A stretch of 56,563 nucleotides of DNA. Source: Steroidobacteraceae bacterium. Lineage in GTDB: Bacteria > Pseudomonadota > Gammaproteobacteria > Steroidobacterales > Steroidobacteraceae. Below the pieces are notes generated by a model. That model saw only the letters and a program-made list of their open reading frames with translations. It did no database searches and was not told the DNA's origin. A program made the translations under genes and the position numbers. Numbering within the stretch: position 1 is the stretch's first letter; every line of letters begins with the position of its first letter. Where the stretch lies: positions 1-56,563 of the forward strand of contig JBOHZO010000159.1 in assembly GCA_050738555.1 (NCBI GenBank). The letters are read 5' to 3'. Below, piece by piece: positions 6,954 through 16,729 of the stretch.

Positions 6954-8423
6954 TCAGCGGACGGTCTTGACCAGGTCGCCGGGTTTCGGCTCGCCATCCG
7001 GATAGAGTTTGTTGAAGAGCCGGAGCTGCTGCACCGGATACTTCTTGACCTGGGCCTCTTTCGCCAGCGACTCGATGGTCGTCGTCTGAGTCGCCCGCAC
7101 GATGTGCAGGCGATGCGGTTCGGCGAGTTGAAACTCGTTGCCACGCAGGCGCCGGAAGGTATTTGCCGTGGAGAGGAAGAATGCATCGCCCGAAGGCGCC
7201 GTGGTCCCGGCGCGGCTCGCGCCCTTGAAGACCCACATCAGGTTGGCGTAATAGATGACGATGTAGCGCACGTTCGTCGACTGCCCGTAGGGCGACGGGT
7301 CGCCGCGCACGATGCCGGTCCAGCCCTTGAGACCGTTGATGTCGAGGGTCTCGGTCCTGTCGAGGCGGCGGTTGGAAAGGCCGCGCATCGCGAAATCGCG
7401 CGGGTCGGTCACGTCGGCCGGCGGCGCCTGCGTGCGCATCTGGAGGTAGTGCTCCTTGTTCGGCGCGATGGCTAGGAGCTGCTGCGGCTCGTTGTTGATC
7501 TGCCAGCCGCGCGGCAAGGCGATCGTGAACTGGAAGTCAGAGTGATAGAAGCGGTTGTCCCGGAGCATGCCCTGGCGGGCGCTCGAACCGACTGGCAGCC
7601 CTTCGACGGCTTGCAGGAATCCTTCCCGGTTCGCGGTATTGCCCGTGGCCGACCCTGACGTTTTCCCGGCGGTGGCGATCGCCTGCTGGAGGCGGGTATC
7701 GTTGGCCGGGTGCGAAGCGAACACGCCGTGGTACAAGCGCGGCTGCCGGTTCTCGAGCCTCGCGCGCTCGCGCTCGAAAGTGTCCTGGTCCTTCAGTGTC
7801 GAGATCACGTCGATCATCGCGTCCGGGTCGTAGCCCGCTTTCGCCAGGTAGCGCGCGCCGAGGCGATCGGCTTCGAGCTCGGCCTCGCGGCCGTAGCCGC
7901 TGATGATGGCCTGGCCTGCCATATTGGTCAGGTCCGCAAGCGCCGGCATGCCGGTGAAGATCGCCGTCGCCGCGCTTGCGAGCCCGGAGAGCGTGGACTT
8001 GCGTTGGCGACTCTTGAGGTGCTCCGCGGTGATGTGGGCGATCTCGTGGCCGAGCACGGCGGCGAGCTCGGCCTCGTTCTGGAAGTACGGCAGGATGCCG
8101 CGCGAGATGTAGACGTAGCCGCCCATCGTCGCGAAGGCGTTCACGTCGTCGGTATCGATGATCGTAAATTTCCACTCGAGTTCGGGGCGTTCGCTGACGG
8201 CCGCGAGCTTTTCGCCGACGCGCTGGACGTATTCCTGGAGCTCGAGGTCCTGGTGCACGCCCATCTGCGACGTGAACTGGACGTGAAGCTGCTTGGCGGT
8301 CCGGACTTCCTTGCTGTCCTTCTGCGCCTTTTCTTCTTCCGCGCCGACGACAGGACCGCCGGCCATCGCGCCCAGGGCGGCGAAGGCGAACAAGCTGGCG
8401 AGCTTCGCGGACAAATTACCCAT
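6954..8423 (-). CDS. M48-family zinc metalloprotease, exported
   Basis: 489 aa. Signal peptide MGNLSAKLASLFAFAALGAMAGG, HExxH motif GHEIAHITAEH, RBS GGAGG upstream. Confidence 0.85.
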   Translation of the reverse strand: MGNLSAKLASLFAFAALGAMAGGPVVGAEEEKAQKDSKEVRTAKQLHVQFTSQMGVHQDLELQEYVQRVGEKLAAVSERPELEWKFTIIDTDDVNAFATMGGYVYISRGILPYFQNEAELAAVLGHEIAHITAEHLKSRQRKSTLSGLASAATAIFTGMPALADLTNMAGQAIISGYGREAELEADRLGARYLAKAGYDPDAMIDVISTLKDQDTFERERARLENRQPRLYHGVFASHPANDTRLQQAIATAGKTSGSATGNTANREGFLQAVEGLPVGSSARQGMLRDNRFYHSDFQFTIALPRGWQINNEPQQLLAIAPNKEHYLQMRTQAPPADVTDPRDFAMRGLSNRRLDRTETLDINGLKGWTGIVRGDPSPYGQSTNVRYIVIYYANLMWVFKGASRAGTTAPSGDAFFLSTANTFRRLRGNEFQLAEPHRLHIVRATQTTTIESLAKEAQVKKYPVQQLRLFNKLYPDGEPKPGDLVKTVR

Positions 8424-8515
8424 GAACCTCCGGACCCCGGCCCCAAGGGTACCGGTCTCGCATTAGACGTGGGGGATCCCGGAAAGTTGACGGCCGGGCA
8501 GACGCCGGAACGGAC

Positions 8516-8719
8516 TTATTTCAGGCCGTACTTCTTGCGGAAACGATCGACGCGGCCGCCGGAGTCCACGATCTTCTGCTTGCCCGTGTAGAACGGGTGG
8601 CAGTTCGAGCAGACCTCGACGTCCAGGTTGGTGCCGAGCGTGGAGCGCGTCTGGAAGGTGTTGCCGCAGGTGCAAGTCACCGTGATCTCGGTGTATTTCG
8701 GGTGAATGGCGTCTTTCAT
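8516..8719 (-). CDS. rpmE: 50S ribosomal protein L31 (zinc-ribbon type)
   Basis: [45 protein letters not shown]; CxC...CxxC zinc ligands are present. The start was moved to the conserved MK..IHP. Confidence 0.95.
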   Translation of the reverse strand: MKDAIHPKYTEITVTCTCGNTFQTRSTLGTNLDVEVCSNCHPFYTGKQKIVDSGGRVDRFRKKYGLK

Positions 8720-8845
8720 CGCTGCGATTCCGGTGCTCTGCTGCAAGGGGCGCGCAGTCTATCGGTAGCCCCCGCAGCCGGCAAGACAGGCCCGGCGCCT
8801 GGCGTGGCCTGAAGCTAAGTCACGGGAAGTACTCGGGTTTTGTGC

Positions 8846-8868
8846 TTATCCACAAATTCTGTGGATAA
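8846..8868. promoter_or_regulatory. Two perfect consensus DnaA boxes in inverted orientation (TTATCCACA-5 bp-TGTGGATAA)
   Basis: ttatccaca at 8846-8854 and tgtggataa at 8860-8868, plus a degenerate tgtggacc at 8872-8879. An AT-rich tract of about 100 bp follows (8900-8990). Confidence 0.6.
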
Positions 8869-8989
8869 CTCTGTGGACCGACGGCGGGGCGGAGATCACC
8901 CAATCGATCATTCCTGCATATATGGCGATTTGATTAAATTTTGAGCAGGCCCTTTTGTGAATATAAATCAAATAGTTACCTCACACGAG

Positions 8990-10216
8990 TTAAGGCACCT
9001 CGCTAACAAAGCGTCCAAAGTCCCTAACGGGCGCGAGCCGGGAAGGCACTGTGTACAACTCGCCGCCGGCGTGGCGGGCAATTTCCTCCGGCAGGAAGCG
9101 GGCCAGAACGTCGTTCAGGAAGCGAAAGCCGAGTCCGGTCGGGCGATACCGGCCGCCGGCATCGGTCACGAGCTGCCGCGCAGTCAGCTCGTCGAGCCCC
9201 GCAAGCACGGCCGCGGCCGGCAAGCCCGTCGTTCGCTCGAATTCGACGAGCGAGAAACCCTCGCGCAGGCGCAGCGCATTCAGCATGAACTCGAAGGGGA
9301 GTTCGGCCGGTGGCACTGCTCTTCGCACAGCACCCTGGCGGCCATCGCCCCGGAGGTACGCGCGGGGCGAGCGCGGCTTCTCAGTCCGGATGACTGAGCC
9401 GTCCAAGGTCGCCTTGCCGTGCGCGCCCGCGCCGATGCCGAGGTAATCGCCGAAGCGCCAGTAGTTGAGGTTATGCCGGCACTGCTTTCCCGGGCGTGCG
9501 TAAGCCGACACTTCGTATTGGTCGAAACCGGCGGCGGCGAGGCGTTTCTGGCAAGCGACCTGCATCTCGAACGCGAGATCGTCGTCCGGCAGCGGCGGCG
9601 GCCGGCGATGGAAAACGGTGCCCGGCTCTAGCGTCAACTGGTAGTGCGAAAGATGCGCGGGCGCGAGCTCGATCGCCGCCTCGAGGTCTGCGAGCGCAGC
9701 CTCGCGGGATTGCAGTGGCAGGGCGTACATCAGATCGAGATTGAAATTCTGGATGCCGGCGCCGACGAGCTCTTCGACCGCAGCGGATATTTCGCCCGGA
9801 CCGTGAATGCGCCCGAGTACCTTGAGCGCCTCCGGATCGAAGGACTGCGCCCCGAGTGATACGCGATTGACGCCCGCCTTCGCGTAGCCCGCGAAGCGGC
9901 CGTGCTCGACAGTCCCGGGATTGGCCTCCATCGTGATCTCGACGTTTGCCGCGAACGGCAGCCGCGCCGCGAGCCCATCGATGAGGTCTGCGATCGCGCT
10001 CACGCTGAAGAGCGACGGCGTTCCGCCGCCCAGGAAGACGCTGCCGGCTTCCCGCCCGGCGGCGAGATCGAGGTCGCCGTCGAGATCCGCGAGCAGGGCC
10101 GCGACGTACTCTTCTTCCGGAATGCGGTCGGGGCGCAGGTGCGAATTGAAATCGCAATACGGGCACTTGCGCACGCACCAGGGCAGGTGCACGTAGATCG
10201 CGATCGCTTCGCTCAT
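8990..10216 (-). CDS. hemW: Radical SAM heme chaperone HemW (HemN-like, YggW)
   Basis: 408 aa. N-terminal IYVHLPWCVRKCPYCDFNSH carries the CxxxCxxC radical SAM motif, and a HemN_C-like C-terminus follows. Confidence 0.9.
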   Translation of the reverse strand: MSEAIAIYVHLPWCVRKCPYCDFNSHLRPDRIPEEEYVAALLADLDGDLDLAAGREAGSVFLGGGTPSLFSVSAIADLIDGLAARLPFAANVEITMEANPGTVEHGRFAGYAKAGVNRVSLGAQSFDPEALKVLGRIHGPGEISAAVEELVGAGIQNFNLDLMYALPLQSREAALADLEAAIELAPAHLSHYQLTLEPGTVFHRRPPPLPDDDLAFEMQVACQKRLAAAGFDQYEVSAYARPGKQCRHNLNYWRFGDYLGIGAGAHGKATLDGSVIRTEKPRSPRAYLRGDGRQGAVRRAVPPAELPFEFMLNALRLREGFSLVEFERTTGLPAAAVLAGLDELTARQLVTDAGGRYRPTGLGFRFLNDVLARFLPEEIARHAGGELYTVPSRLAPVRDFGRFVSEVP

Positions 10217-10294
10217 CCGCGCATTCTAGGCGAAGCGAGGCGCGCAGCCTTGATTCCCGCAGTGCAGCATGACAGTCTCCCTCGCGGGCAAGCG

Positions 10295-11590
10295 ATGGCA
10301 ATCAAGAAATACAAGTTGACAGATTCGGCGACCGGCCGCTCCGCCGAGCTCGCGGCGCTGCCCGGCTCCGTCGGGCCCGAGGTGCTGGACATCAGCACGC
10401 TGTCGAAGGATCTCGGCGTATTCACTTACGACCCCGGCTTCATGGCGACCGCGGCGACCGCGAGCGCCATCACCTACATCGACGGCGACGCGGGCGTGCT
10501 GCTCTATCGCGGCTACCCGATCGAGCAGCTCGCAGAGCACAGCACGTTCCTCGAAGTGTCTTACCTCCTCCAGAAGGGCGAGCTACCGAGCGCGAAGGAA
10601 CTTGCCGCGTTCATACACTCGATCACGCGCCACACGATGCTGAACGAGTGGCTGCTGCGCCTGTATCGCGGCTTCCACCATGACGCGCACCCGATGGCGA
10701 TGGTCGCGACCATCGTCGCTTCGCTCGCGGCGTTTTATCACGATTCGACCGACATTTCGGACGATCGCCATCGCGAGATCTTCACGCACCGGATGATCGC
10801 GAAGCTGCCGACGATCGCCGCCGCCGCGTACAAGCACGCGCTCGGCCAGCCTTTCATCTATCCGCGCAACGACCTCGACTACACGGCGAACATGCTGCAC
10901 ATGTTCTTCGCCGTGCCCTGTGAGGACTACGCGCTCGACAGCCTGCATTCGAAGGCGCTCGATCTGCTTTTCATCCTGCACGCGGACCACGAGCAGAATG
11001 CGAGCACTTCGACGGTGCGCCTTGCCGGCAGCACCGGCTGCAATCCCTATACGGCGATGTCGGCCGGGGTGTCCGCGCTCTGGGGGCCGCAGCACGGCGG
11101 CGCCAACGAGGCGGTCGTGGACATGCTCGAGAAAATCGGCGACGCGAGTCACGTCGACGCATTCCTGACGCGCGTCAAGGACAAGAAGGATGGCCTGCGG
11201 CTCATGGGTTTCGGCCACCGCGTGTACAAGAACTTCGACCCGCGCGCGACGATCATCCGCGAGATGTGCCACAAGGTGCTCGCGAAGCTCGGCCAGAGCG
11301 ACAACCCGCTGTTCGAGCTCGCGCTCAGGCTCGAAGAAGTCGCGCTCAAGGACGACTATTTCATCAGCCGCAAGCTCTATCCGAACGTCGAATTCTATTC
11401 CGGCATCATCTACCGCGCGCTCGGCATTCCGCGCGAGATGTTCACGGTGATGTTCGCGATCGCGCGGACCGCCGGGTGGGTGGCGCACTGGTCGGAGATG
11501 ATCTCGGACCCGGAGGTGAGGATCGCGCGGCCGCGCCAGCTCTACACCGGCCCGACCCGGCGCGACTACGTGCCCGTCAAGAAGCGCTAG
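10295..11590 (+). CDS. gltA: Citrate synthase (type II)
   Basis: Start at MAIKKYKLTD (ATG 10295), 431 aa. Has the GFGHRVYKNFDPRA signature. The ORF-track N-terminal extension from 9902 overlaps hemW and was rejected. Confidence 0.95.
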   Translation: MAIKKYKLTDSATGRSAELAALPGSVGPEVLDISTLSKDLGVFTYDPGFMATAATASAITYIDGDAGVLLYRGYPIEQLAEHSTFLEVSYLLQKGELPSAKELAAFIHSITRHTMLNEWLLRLYRGFHHDAHPMAMVATIVASLAAFYHDSTDISDDRHREIFTHRMIAKLPTIAAAAYKHALGQPFIYPRNDLDYTANMLHMFFAVPCEDYALDSLHSKALDLLFILHADHEQNASTSTVRLAGSTGCNPYTAMSAGVSALWGPQHGGANEAVVDMLEKIGDASHVDAFLTRVKDKKDGLRLMGFGHRVYKNFDPRATIIREMCHKVLAKLGQSDNPLFELALRLEEVALKDDYFISRKLYPNVEFYSGIIYRALGIPREMFTVMFAIARTAGWVAHWSEMISDPEVRIARPRQLYTGPTRRDYVPVKKR

Positions 11591-12203
11591 CCGGCCGGAC
11601 CGGCGCCAGCAATCCTTCCACTTCCGCGAGCGTGGCACGGCGCATCGGCCGGCCGTCCACGGGACCGGGCGGCGCCTGGCGGATCCCGTCGAGCGGAAAG
11701 ATGGTTGCGTCCACTTCGTGCTGGCCGGCGGTGAAGCGCACGGCCGGAAAGGATTCGATCTCGTCGCGCTGCATGCGAAAGCGCCGTTCGGCGACTTCGT
11801 GCGGGATGCCGCGATCGAGGAGCCGCACGGCGACGGTCTCCGGGGTGTCGGCGAAGAGATGCAGGGTGATGTCGTTGTGCGCGGTCGCCGTGCCCGAGAG
11901 CAGGGGCCCCACGAGGCGCGGCTCGAATTCGGCGAGCAGCCGCATCGCTTCGAGCGCCGTGCTTCGCATCGAGGTGAGCTCGCTCGCATGGGTTTCGGGC
12001 ACGAACAGCCGCTGGTGCTCGGCGAGCGCTTCCTCGATCTCGAGGTTCTTCGGCAGCACCGCGAGGTCGGTGACGCCGAAGCGCTCCGCGGCCTTGCGCT
12101 TGGCGAAGCCGTAATCCTCGTGGCCATGCTCGATCATGAGGCGCGCCGCCTCGCGCGCAATCGCCTGGCGCATCATGTCGCCGCGCGCGGATCGCCGGGC
12201 CAT
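11577..12203 (-). CDS. Hypothetical protein, possibly a minimal nucleotidyltransferase fold; translationally coupled to ponA
   Basis: Start ATG at 12203 overlaps the ponA stop (ATGA), 208 aa. VGPLLSGTATAHNDITLHLFAD resembles the GS..x..D.D motif of Pol-beta-type nucleotidyltransferases. The function call is weak. Confidence 0.55.
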   Translation of the reverse strand: MARRSARGDMMRQAIAREAARLMIEHGHEDYGFAKRKAAERFGVTDLAVLPKNLEIEEALAEHQRLFVPETHASELTSMRSTALEAMRLLAEFEPRLVGPLLSGTATAHNDITLHLFADTPETVAVRLLDRGIPHEVAERRFRMQRDEIESFPAVRFTAGQHEVDATIFPLDGIRQAPPGPVDGRPMRRATLAEVEGLLAPVRPASAS

Positions 12204-14719
12204 CAGAAAATCGGCTCTTCGTATTTCTGCGGGGGCGTCACGCCCTCGCCCCTGGCGTCGCCGGCGACGCCCGACGGCAGGTGATCCGCGAGGAAATACT
12301 CGAAGTCCGCGGGTACGTCGTCGCCGAACCCGGTCGGGTCGCCTCCGATGCGCGCCGTCACGACCCCGTCCGGCATCGGCATGCGCCGCTCCGGCAGGCC
12401 CTCGAGCGCCTCGCGCATGAAGTAGATCCACATCGGGAGCGCGGTGCGGGCGCCTTCCTCGTCCGCGCCGAGCGGGCGTTCCTGGTCGAAGCCGACCCAG
12501 GCGGTCGCAACCAGGTCCGGGACGAAACCCGAGAACCAGGCGTCACGGCCGTCGTTGGTCGTTCCGGTCTTCCCGGCGATGTCGCCGCGCCCGAGCGCGC
12601 GGGCGCGCTGCCCGGTGCCGCGACGCACGACGTCGCGCAGGAGATCGGTGATGATCCAGGCGTTCGCCTCCGTGATCACCTGCGGGGCCAGTCTTTCCGG
12701 CTGCGGTTCCGGCAGGCTGCCGCCGATGTCCGCCGCGCGCAACACGCCCGATGCATTGCCCTCAACGACCGCCGGCGGCGGCGCGACGAGTTCGGGTTCG
12801 GGCGCCGGGGCATTGCAGCCGGCACAGGCGATCGCGGGCTCCGTCTGCTCGAGCACCGAGCCGTCGGCCGCGAGAATGCGGTCGATGAGGTACGGCTTCA
12901 CGAGCGATCCGCCGTTCGCGAAGACCGTGAAGCCGTTGGCCATCTCGAGCGGCGTGAGCTGGGCCGTGCCGAGCGCGGCCGTCAGGTCCGCCGGGATGTG
13001 CTCTTTCGGCAGCCCGAATCTTTCAGCGTAGTCGCGCGTGTAGCCGACGCCGATCTGGCGCATGACGCGGATCGTGACGAGATTGCGCGAGCGCGTGAGC
13101 GCATCGCGCAGCCGCGTCGGGCCGTAGAAGCGCCGCGAATCGTTGACCGGACGCCAGTCCTCCTGCTCCGGTTCCTCGCCTTCGACCGCTTCGGTGCCAA
13201 GCCCGATACCGACGGCGGGATCCGGCGCTTCGTAGACTACAGGCGCGTCGAGCACGACGGACGCCGGCGTCAGTCCGGCCTCGAGCGCGGCGGAATAAAT
13301 GAACGGCTTGAACGAAGAGCCTGGCTGCCGGCGCGCCTGCATCACGCGATTGAACTTGGAGGCGGCGTAGTCGAATCCGCCGGACATGGCGACGACCGCG
13401 CCGTCGTGCGGATCGAGGGCGACGATCGCTCCCTGGACTTCCGGCAACTGCGCAAGGAGCGCCTCGCCCTCGCCGGACGGCAGGACATAGACCACGTCGC
13501 CGATCTTCGTGACGTCGCGCGGCGACTTCGGCGTGCCTTCCGGCGTGCGTGCCCAGCGGATGCCTTCCATTGGCAGGCGGTAACGCAGGCCGCTTCGCGC
13601 CACGACCGTCGCCTCGGTCGAGTCCGTGCCGACCACGATCGCCGGAATGAGCCCGCCGACCACGGGATAGTCTTTGATCGCGCCGGCGACGATCTCGTCG
13701 GTCCCTTCGCTGACTTCGACGCGGCCCGCGCGCCCGCGCCAGCCATGGCGCCGGTCGTACTCGAGCACCGCCGCGCGAAGCGCCACGTCGGCCGCGCGCT
13801 GCAGGCGGCTGTCCACCGTGGTGATGACCTGGAATCCCTCGGAATAGATGCGATCGCCGTACTTCTCGATCAGCGCGAGCCGCACCATCTCGCCGACGTA
13901 GGGCGCGTCGATCTGCACGCGCGGGCCGTGCACGCCGCGCGACACGGGCTTCTCCGATGCCGTCTGCCAGGCCGGTTCGTCGAGGTACCCGAGCTCGCGC
14001 ATGCGGCGGAGCACATAGGCGCGCCGCTCCGTCGCCTGCTCGATGCTCGCGACGGGATTCTGCCGCGACGGCGCCTGGAGAATGCCGGCGAGGAGCGCCG
14101 CCTCGCTGGCGTCGACCTCGGTGAGCGCCTTGCCGAAGTACGTCTCGGCCGCGGCCGCGAATCCGTAGGAGCGCTGGCCGAGGAACTGCGTGTTGACGAA
14201 GAGCGTGAAGATCTCCTGCTTGGTCAGCTCGTTTTCGAGCGAGAGCGCGAGGAAGATCTCCCGGAGCTTGCGGCGAAGCTGCTTCTCCTTCGTGATCAGG
14301 GTGGTGCGCACGAGTTGCTGGGTCAGCGTGCTGCCGCCCTGCGAGAGCTCCATTGTCGCGGCGGCGACGATGAGCGCGCGCGTCACGCCCTGCCAGTCCA
14401 CACCCGGATGCTCGAAAAATCGATCGTCTTCGGCGGCGAGCACCGCCTGTACGACGACCGGCGGAATGTCGTCCCAGGCCACCGGCACGCGGCGCTGCTC
14501 GCCGATCTGCGCGAGCAGCTTGCCGTCGCGGCTGTAGACGCGAAGCGGCACCTGCAACCGCACGTCGCGCAGCTGCGCGACGTCCGGCAGCGTCGGCTTC
14601 AGGTAGTAGTAAGTGGCGAGAAAGGCAAGCCCGATCAGGCCCGCAACCGACACGATGACGGTCGCCGCGATGCGCAGCCGGCGGTTCAGTCGTGTAATCA
14701 CCGGGGTCCGATTATGCAT
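12203..14719 (-). CDS. mrcA: Penicillin-binding protein 1A (bifunctional transglycosylase/transpeptidase)
   Basis: 838 aa. N-terminal TM; GT51 motif AAEDDRFFEHPGVD; transpeptidase motifs SSFKP and KTGTT. Confidence 0.95.
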   Translation of the reverse strand: MHNRTPVITRLNRRLRIAATVIVSVAGLIGLAFLATYYYLKPTLPDVAQLRDVRLQVPLRVYSRDGKLLAQIGEQRRVPVAWDDIPPVVVQAVLAAEDDRFFEHPGVDWQGVTRALIVAAATMELSQGGSTLTQQLVRTTLITKEKQLRRKLREIFLALSLENELTKQEIFTLFVNTQFLGQRSYGFAAAAETYFGKALTEVDASEAALLAGILQAPSRQNPVASIEQATERRAYVLRRMRELGYLDEPAWQTASEKPVSRGVHGPRVQIDAPYVGEMVRLALIEKYGDRIYSEGFQVITTVDSRLQRAADVALRAAVLEYDRRHGWRGRAGRVEVSEGTDEIVAGAIKDYPVVGGLIPAIVVGTDSTEATVVARSGLRYRLPMEGIRWARTPEGTPKSPRDVTKIGDVVYVLPSGEGEALLAQLPEVQGAIVALDPHDGAVVAMSGGFDYAASKFNRVMQARRQPGSSFKPFIYSAALEAGLTPASVVLDAPVVYEAPDPAVGIGLGTEAVEGEEPEQEDWRPVNDSRRFYGPTRLRDALTRSRNLVTIRVMRQIGVGYTRDYAERFGLPKEHIPADLTAALGTAQLTPLEMANGFTVFANGGSLVKPYLIDRILAADGSVLEQTEPAIACAGCNAPAPEPELVAPPPAVVEGNASGVLRAADIGGSLPEPQPERLAPQVITEANAWIITDLLRDVVRRGTGQRARALGRGDIAGKTGTTNDGRDAWFSGFVPDLVATAWVGFDQERPLGADEEGARTALPMWIYFMREALEGLPERRMPMPDGVVTARIGGDPTGFGDDVPADFEYFLADHLPSGVAGDARGEGVTPPQKYEEPIF

Positions 14720-15051
14720 AGTAATGTCGGGCGCTGCCCGGGGCGGGGTCGCGCTCCCGCGACGCCGGGACCGTGACGCCAGACACGGTGTGGCTTTCCG
14801 TTCACGTGCAGCATCGTCCGCGGATTCGGCACCGGAAGCCCGTGGGCGAGAAGGTCGCCGGCGCCAGCGGTCAGGGCCGGGGGCGGACCCTCCCGGCTGC
14901 GCCCGTGCCGCCTCGCTAAAGGGGCGAAATACGAGTGATTTGCGAGTCGGGTCACGTTCAATTTAACAGTTGCTTGCTATATAGTTGGCCGCTAACTTGA
15001 CCCAGCGCAGCGATTGACCTCGTAATAGCCTGACCTGAAAAGGAAATTTCT

Positions 15052-16146
15052 GTGCTCAAGTTGCCTAAGTTTTCGCTGGGACCCCGCTACTCGCCGTTGA
15101 TCGGGCTGGACATTACGACGTCCTCGATCAAGCTCATCGAGCTTGCGCAGTCGGGTGGTCAATACCGGGTCGAGTCCTACGCGGCCGAACCGACCCCCCA
15201 CAACGCCATCAACGAAAAAGCCATCGTCGACGCGGCAGCGGTCGGCGACGCCATCCGCCGGGCGGTCAAACGCTCCGGTGTCCGTTGCAAGGAATGCGCG
15301 GTCGCGATCTCGGGCGACGCGGCCATCACGAAGGCCGTGCAGATGCCGCGGAACCTGTCGGACGCCGACCTCGAGCAGCAGATCGAGATGCAGGCGGACC
15401 AGTACATCCCCTTCCCGATGGAGGAAGTCAGCTACGACTTCCAGGTGCTCGGCCCATCGGACAAGGATCCGGACATGCGCGACGTGCTCCTCGTCGCCTC
15501 TCGCTCCGAGAACGTCGAGCAGCGCGTCGCCGCGGTGAACGCTTCAGGCCTCGTCGCCAAGCTCGTGGACGTCGAAGCCTTCGCGCTCGAGAACGCCTGC
15601 CGTCTGCTGACGCACCAGATGCCGGACGGCGGCATCGACCACACGATCGCGGTCGTGGACTTCGGCGCGAGCACGACGACTTTCAGCGTGCTCAAGAATC
15701 TCGTCGTCGTGTACACGCGCGACTTCGCGTTCGGCGGCCAGTCGCTGACCGAAGAGATCATGCGCACCTACGGGCTCTCGATGGAGGAAGCTGGCCGCGC
15801 GAAGAAGGAAGGCGGCCTGCCCTCGAACTACCAGCCCGAGGTGCTCGATCCGTTCATCGACGACATGACCCAGCAGGTCAGCCGCTCGCTCCAGTTCTAC
15901 CTGGCGTCCGGCAGCGGCCGCAGCCAGCCGGAGCAGATCCTGATCTGCGGCGGCTGCGCCAACATACCCGGCGTCGCGGACGTGATCGCGAGCCGCGTGG
16001 GAATTCCGGCCGAGCGCGGCGATCCGCTCGGACAAATGAAGATTTCATCGAAAGCCAAGGCACTGGGCGTGACGCGGGATGCGACGGCGTTGCTGCTCGC
16101 TTGTGGCCTGGCACTGCGGAGCTTCGACGAAGATGCCAAGTATTAA
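15052..16146 (+). CDS. pilM: Type IV pilus assembly protein PilM
   Basis: 364 aa, GTG start. Actin-like ATPase fold protein, first gene of the pilMNOPQ block divergent from ponA. Confidence 0.9.
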   Translation: MLKLPKFSLGPRYSPLIGLDITTSSIKLIELAQSGGQYRVESYAAEPTPHNAINEKAIVDAAAVGDAIRRAVKRSGVRCKECAVAISGDAAITKAVQMPRNLSDADLEQQIEMQADQYIPFPMEEVSYDFQVLGPSDKDPDMRDVLLVASRSENVEQRVAAVNASGLVAKLVDVEAFALENACRLLTHQMPDGGIDHTIAVVDFGASTTTFSVLKNLVVVYTRDFAFGGQSLTEEIMRTYGLSMEEAGRAKKEGGLPSNYQPEVLDPFIDDMTQQVSRSLQFYLASGSGRSQPEQILICGGCANIPGVADVIASRVGIPAERGDPLGQMKISSKAKALGVTRDATALLLACGLALRSFDEDAKY

Positions 16147-16729
16147 CCTACTTCCCTGGCGGCAAGCGCTCCGCCAGCGGAGACGGAAGGAATTCCTCAT
16201 CGGGCTCGGAGCGGCGGTGGGTTTCGCCGCTCTCATCACTCTGCTCACGCACCTGACGGTGAGCGCGATGATCGATTCGCAGAACCGCCGCAATGACCTG
16301 CTGAAGGCGGAGATCGCCGAGCTCGACAAGGCGATCGAGCAGATCCTCGCGCTCGAGGACCAGAAGGCGCGGATGATCGCCCGCATGGAAGTGATCGACA
16401 CGCTCCAGGCTAGCCGCCCGGAAGTCGTCAAGCTGTTCGACCAGATGGTCTCGACGCTGCCGGAAGGCGTTTACCTGACCTCGGTCAAGCAAAGCGGCAA
16501 GAAGCTCGAGTTCAACGGCGTCGCGCAGTCGAGCACGCGCGTCTCCGCGTTCATGCGCAACATCGATGCGTCGGAGTCGCTGGCCGCGCCCGAGCTCAAG
16601 GTCATCCAGACGGGCGGCGGTACTAGCCCCGGCGCTCAGTTCACGCTGTTCGCGCAGCAGCGCGCCCCGGCAGGAGATGCGGCGGAGACTGAGAAACGCA
16701 ATACGCGCGTTTCGGAGGCACGCCAATGA
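16133..16729 (+). CDS. pilN: Type IV pilus assembly protein PilN
   Basis: Starts MPSINLLPWRQ (conserved PilN N-terminus), followed by a single TM. Overlaps pilM by 14 nt. Confidence 0.9.
   Translation: MPSINLLPWRQALRQRRRKEFLIGLGAAVGFAALITLLTHLTVSAMIDSQNRRNDLLKAEIAELDKAIEQILALEDQKARMIARMEVIDTLQASRPEVVKLFDQMVSTLPEGVYLTSVKQSGKKLEFNGVAQSSTRVSAFMRNIDASESLAAPELKVIQTGGGTSPGAQFTLFAQQRAPAGDAAETEKRNTRVSEARQ

Noticed and set aside
8720-8990. Chromosomal replication origin (oriC)
   Set aside because: Only two perfect DnaA boxes and one weak one are present. There is no dnaA/dnaN/gidA/rpmH context and no clear 13-mer array. It is kept as a DnaA-box finding, and an origin call needs whole-genome skew data.
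10583-12127. 514-aa minus-strand ORF
   Set aside because: It is antisense to gltA, which carries a clear citrate synthase signature, and it is out of frame with the downstream hypothetical gene. It is a shadow ORF.
12281-14776. 831-aa ORF on the plus strand
   Set aside because: It is fully antisense to ponA/mrcA, which has unambiguous PBP1A motifs. The product is Arg/Ala/Gly-rich low-complexity sequence, typical of stop-free antisense frames in high-GC DNA.
14720-15051. ponA-pilM divergent intergenic region, examined for ncRNA, a repeat copy (taaaggggcga at about 14916) and promoters
   Set aside because: The AAAGGGGCG string lacks the rest of the repeat core and has no inverted partner. I could not support a convincing -35/-10 pair or a structured RNA by eye.
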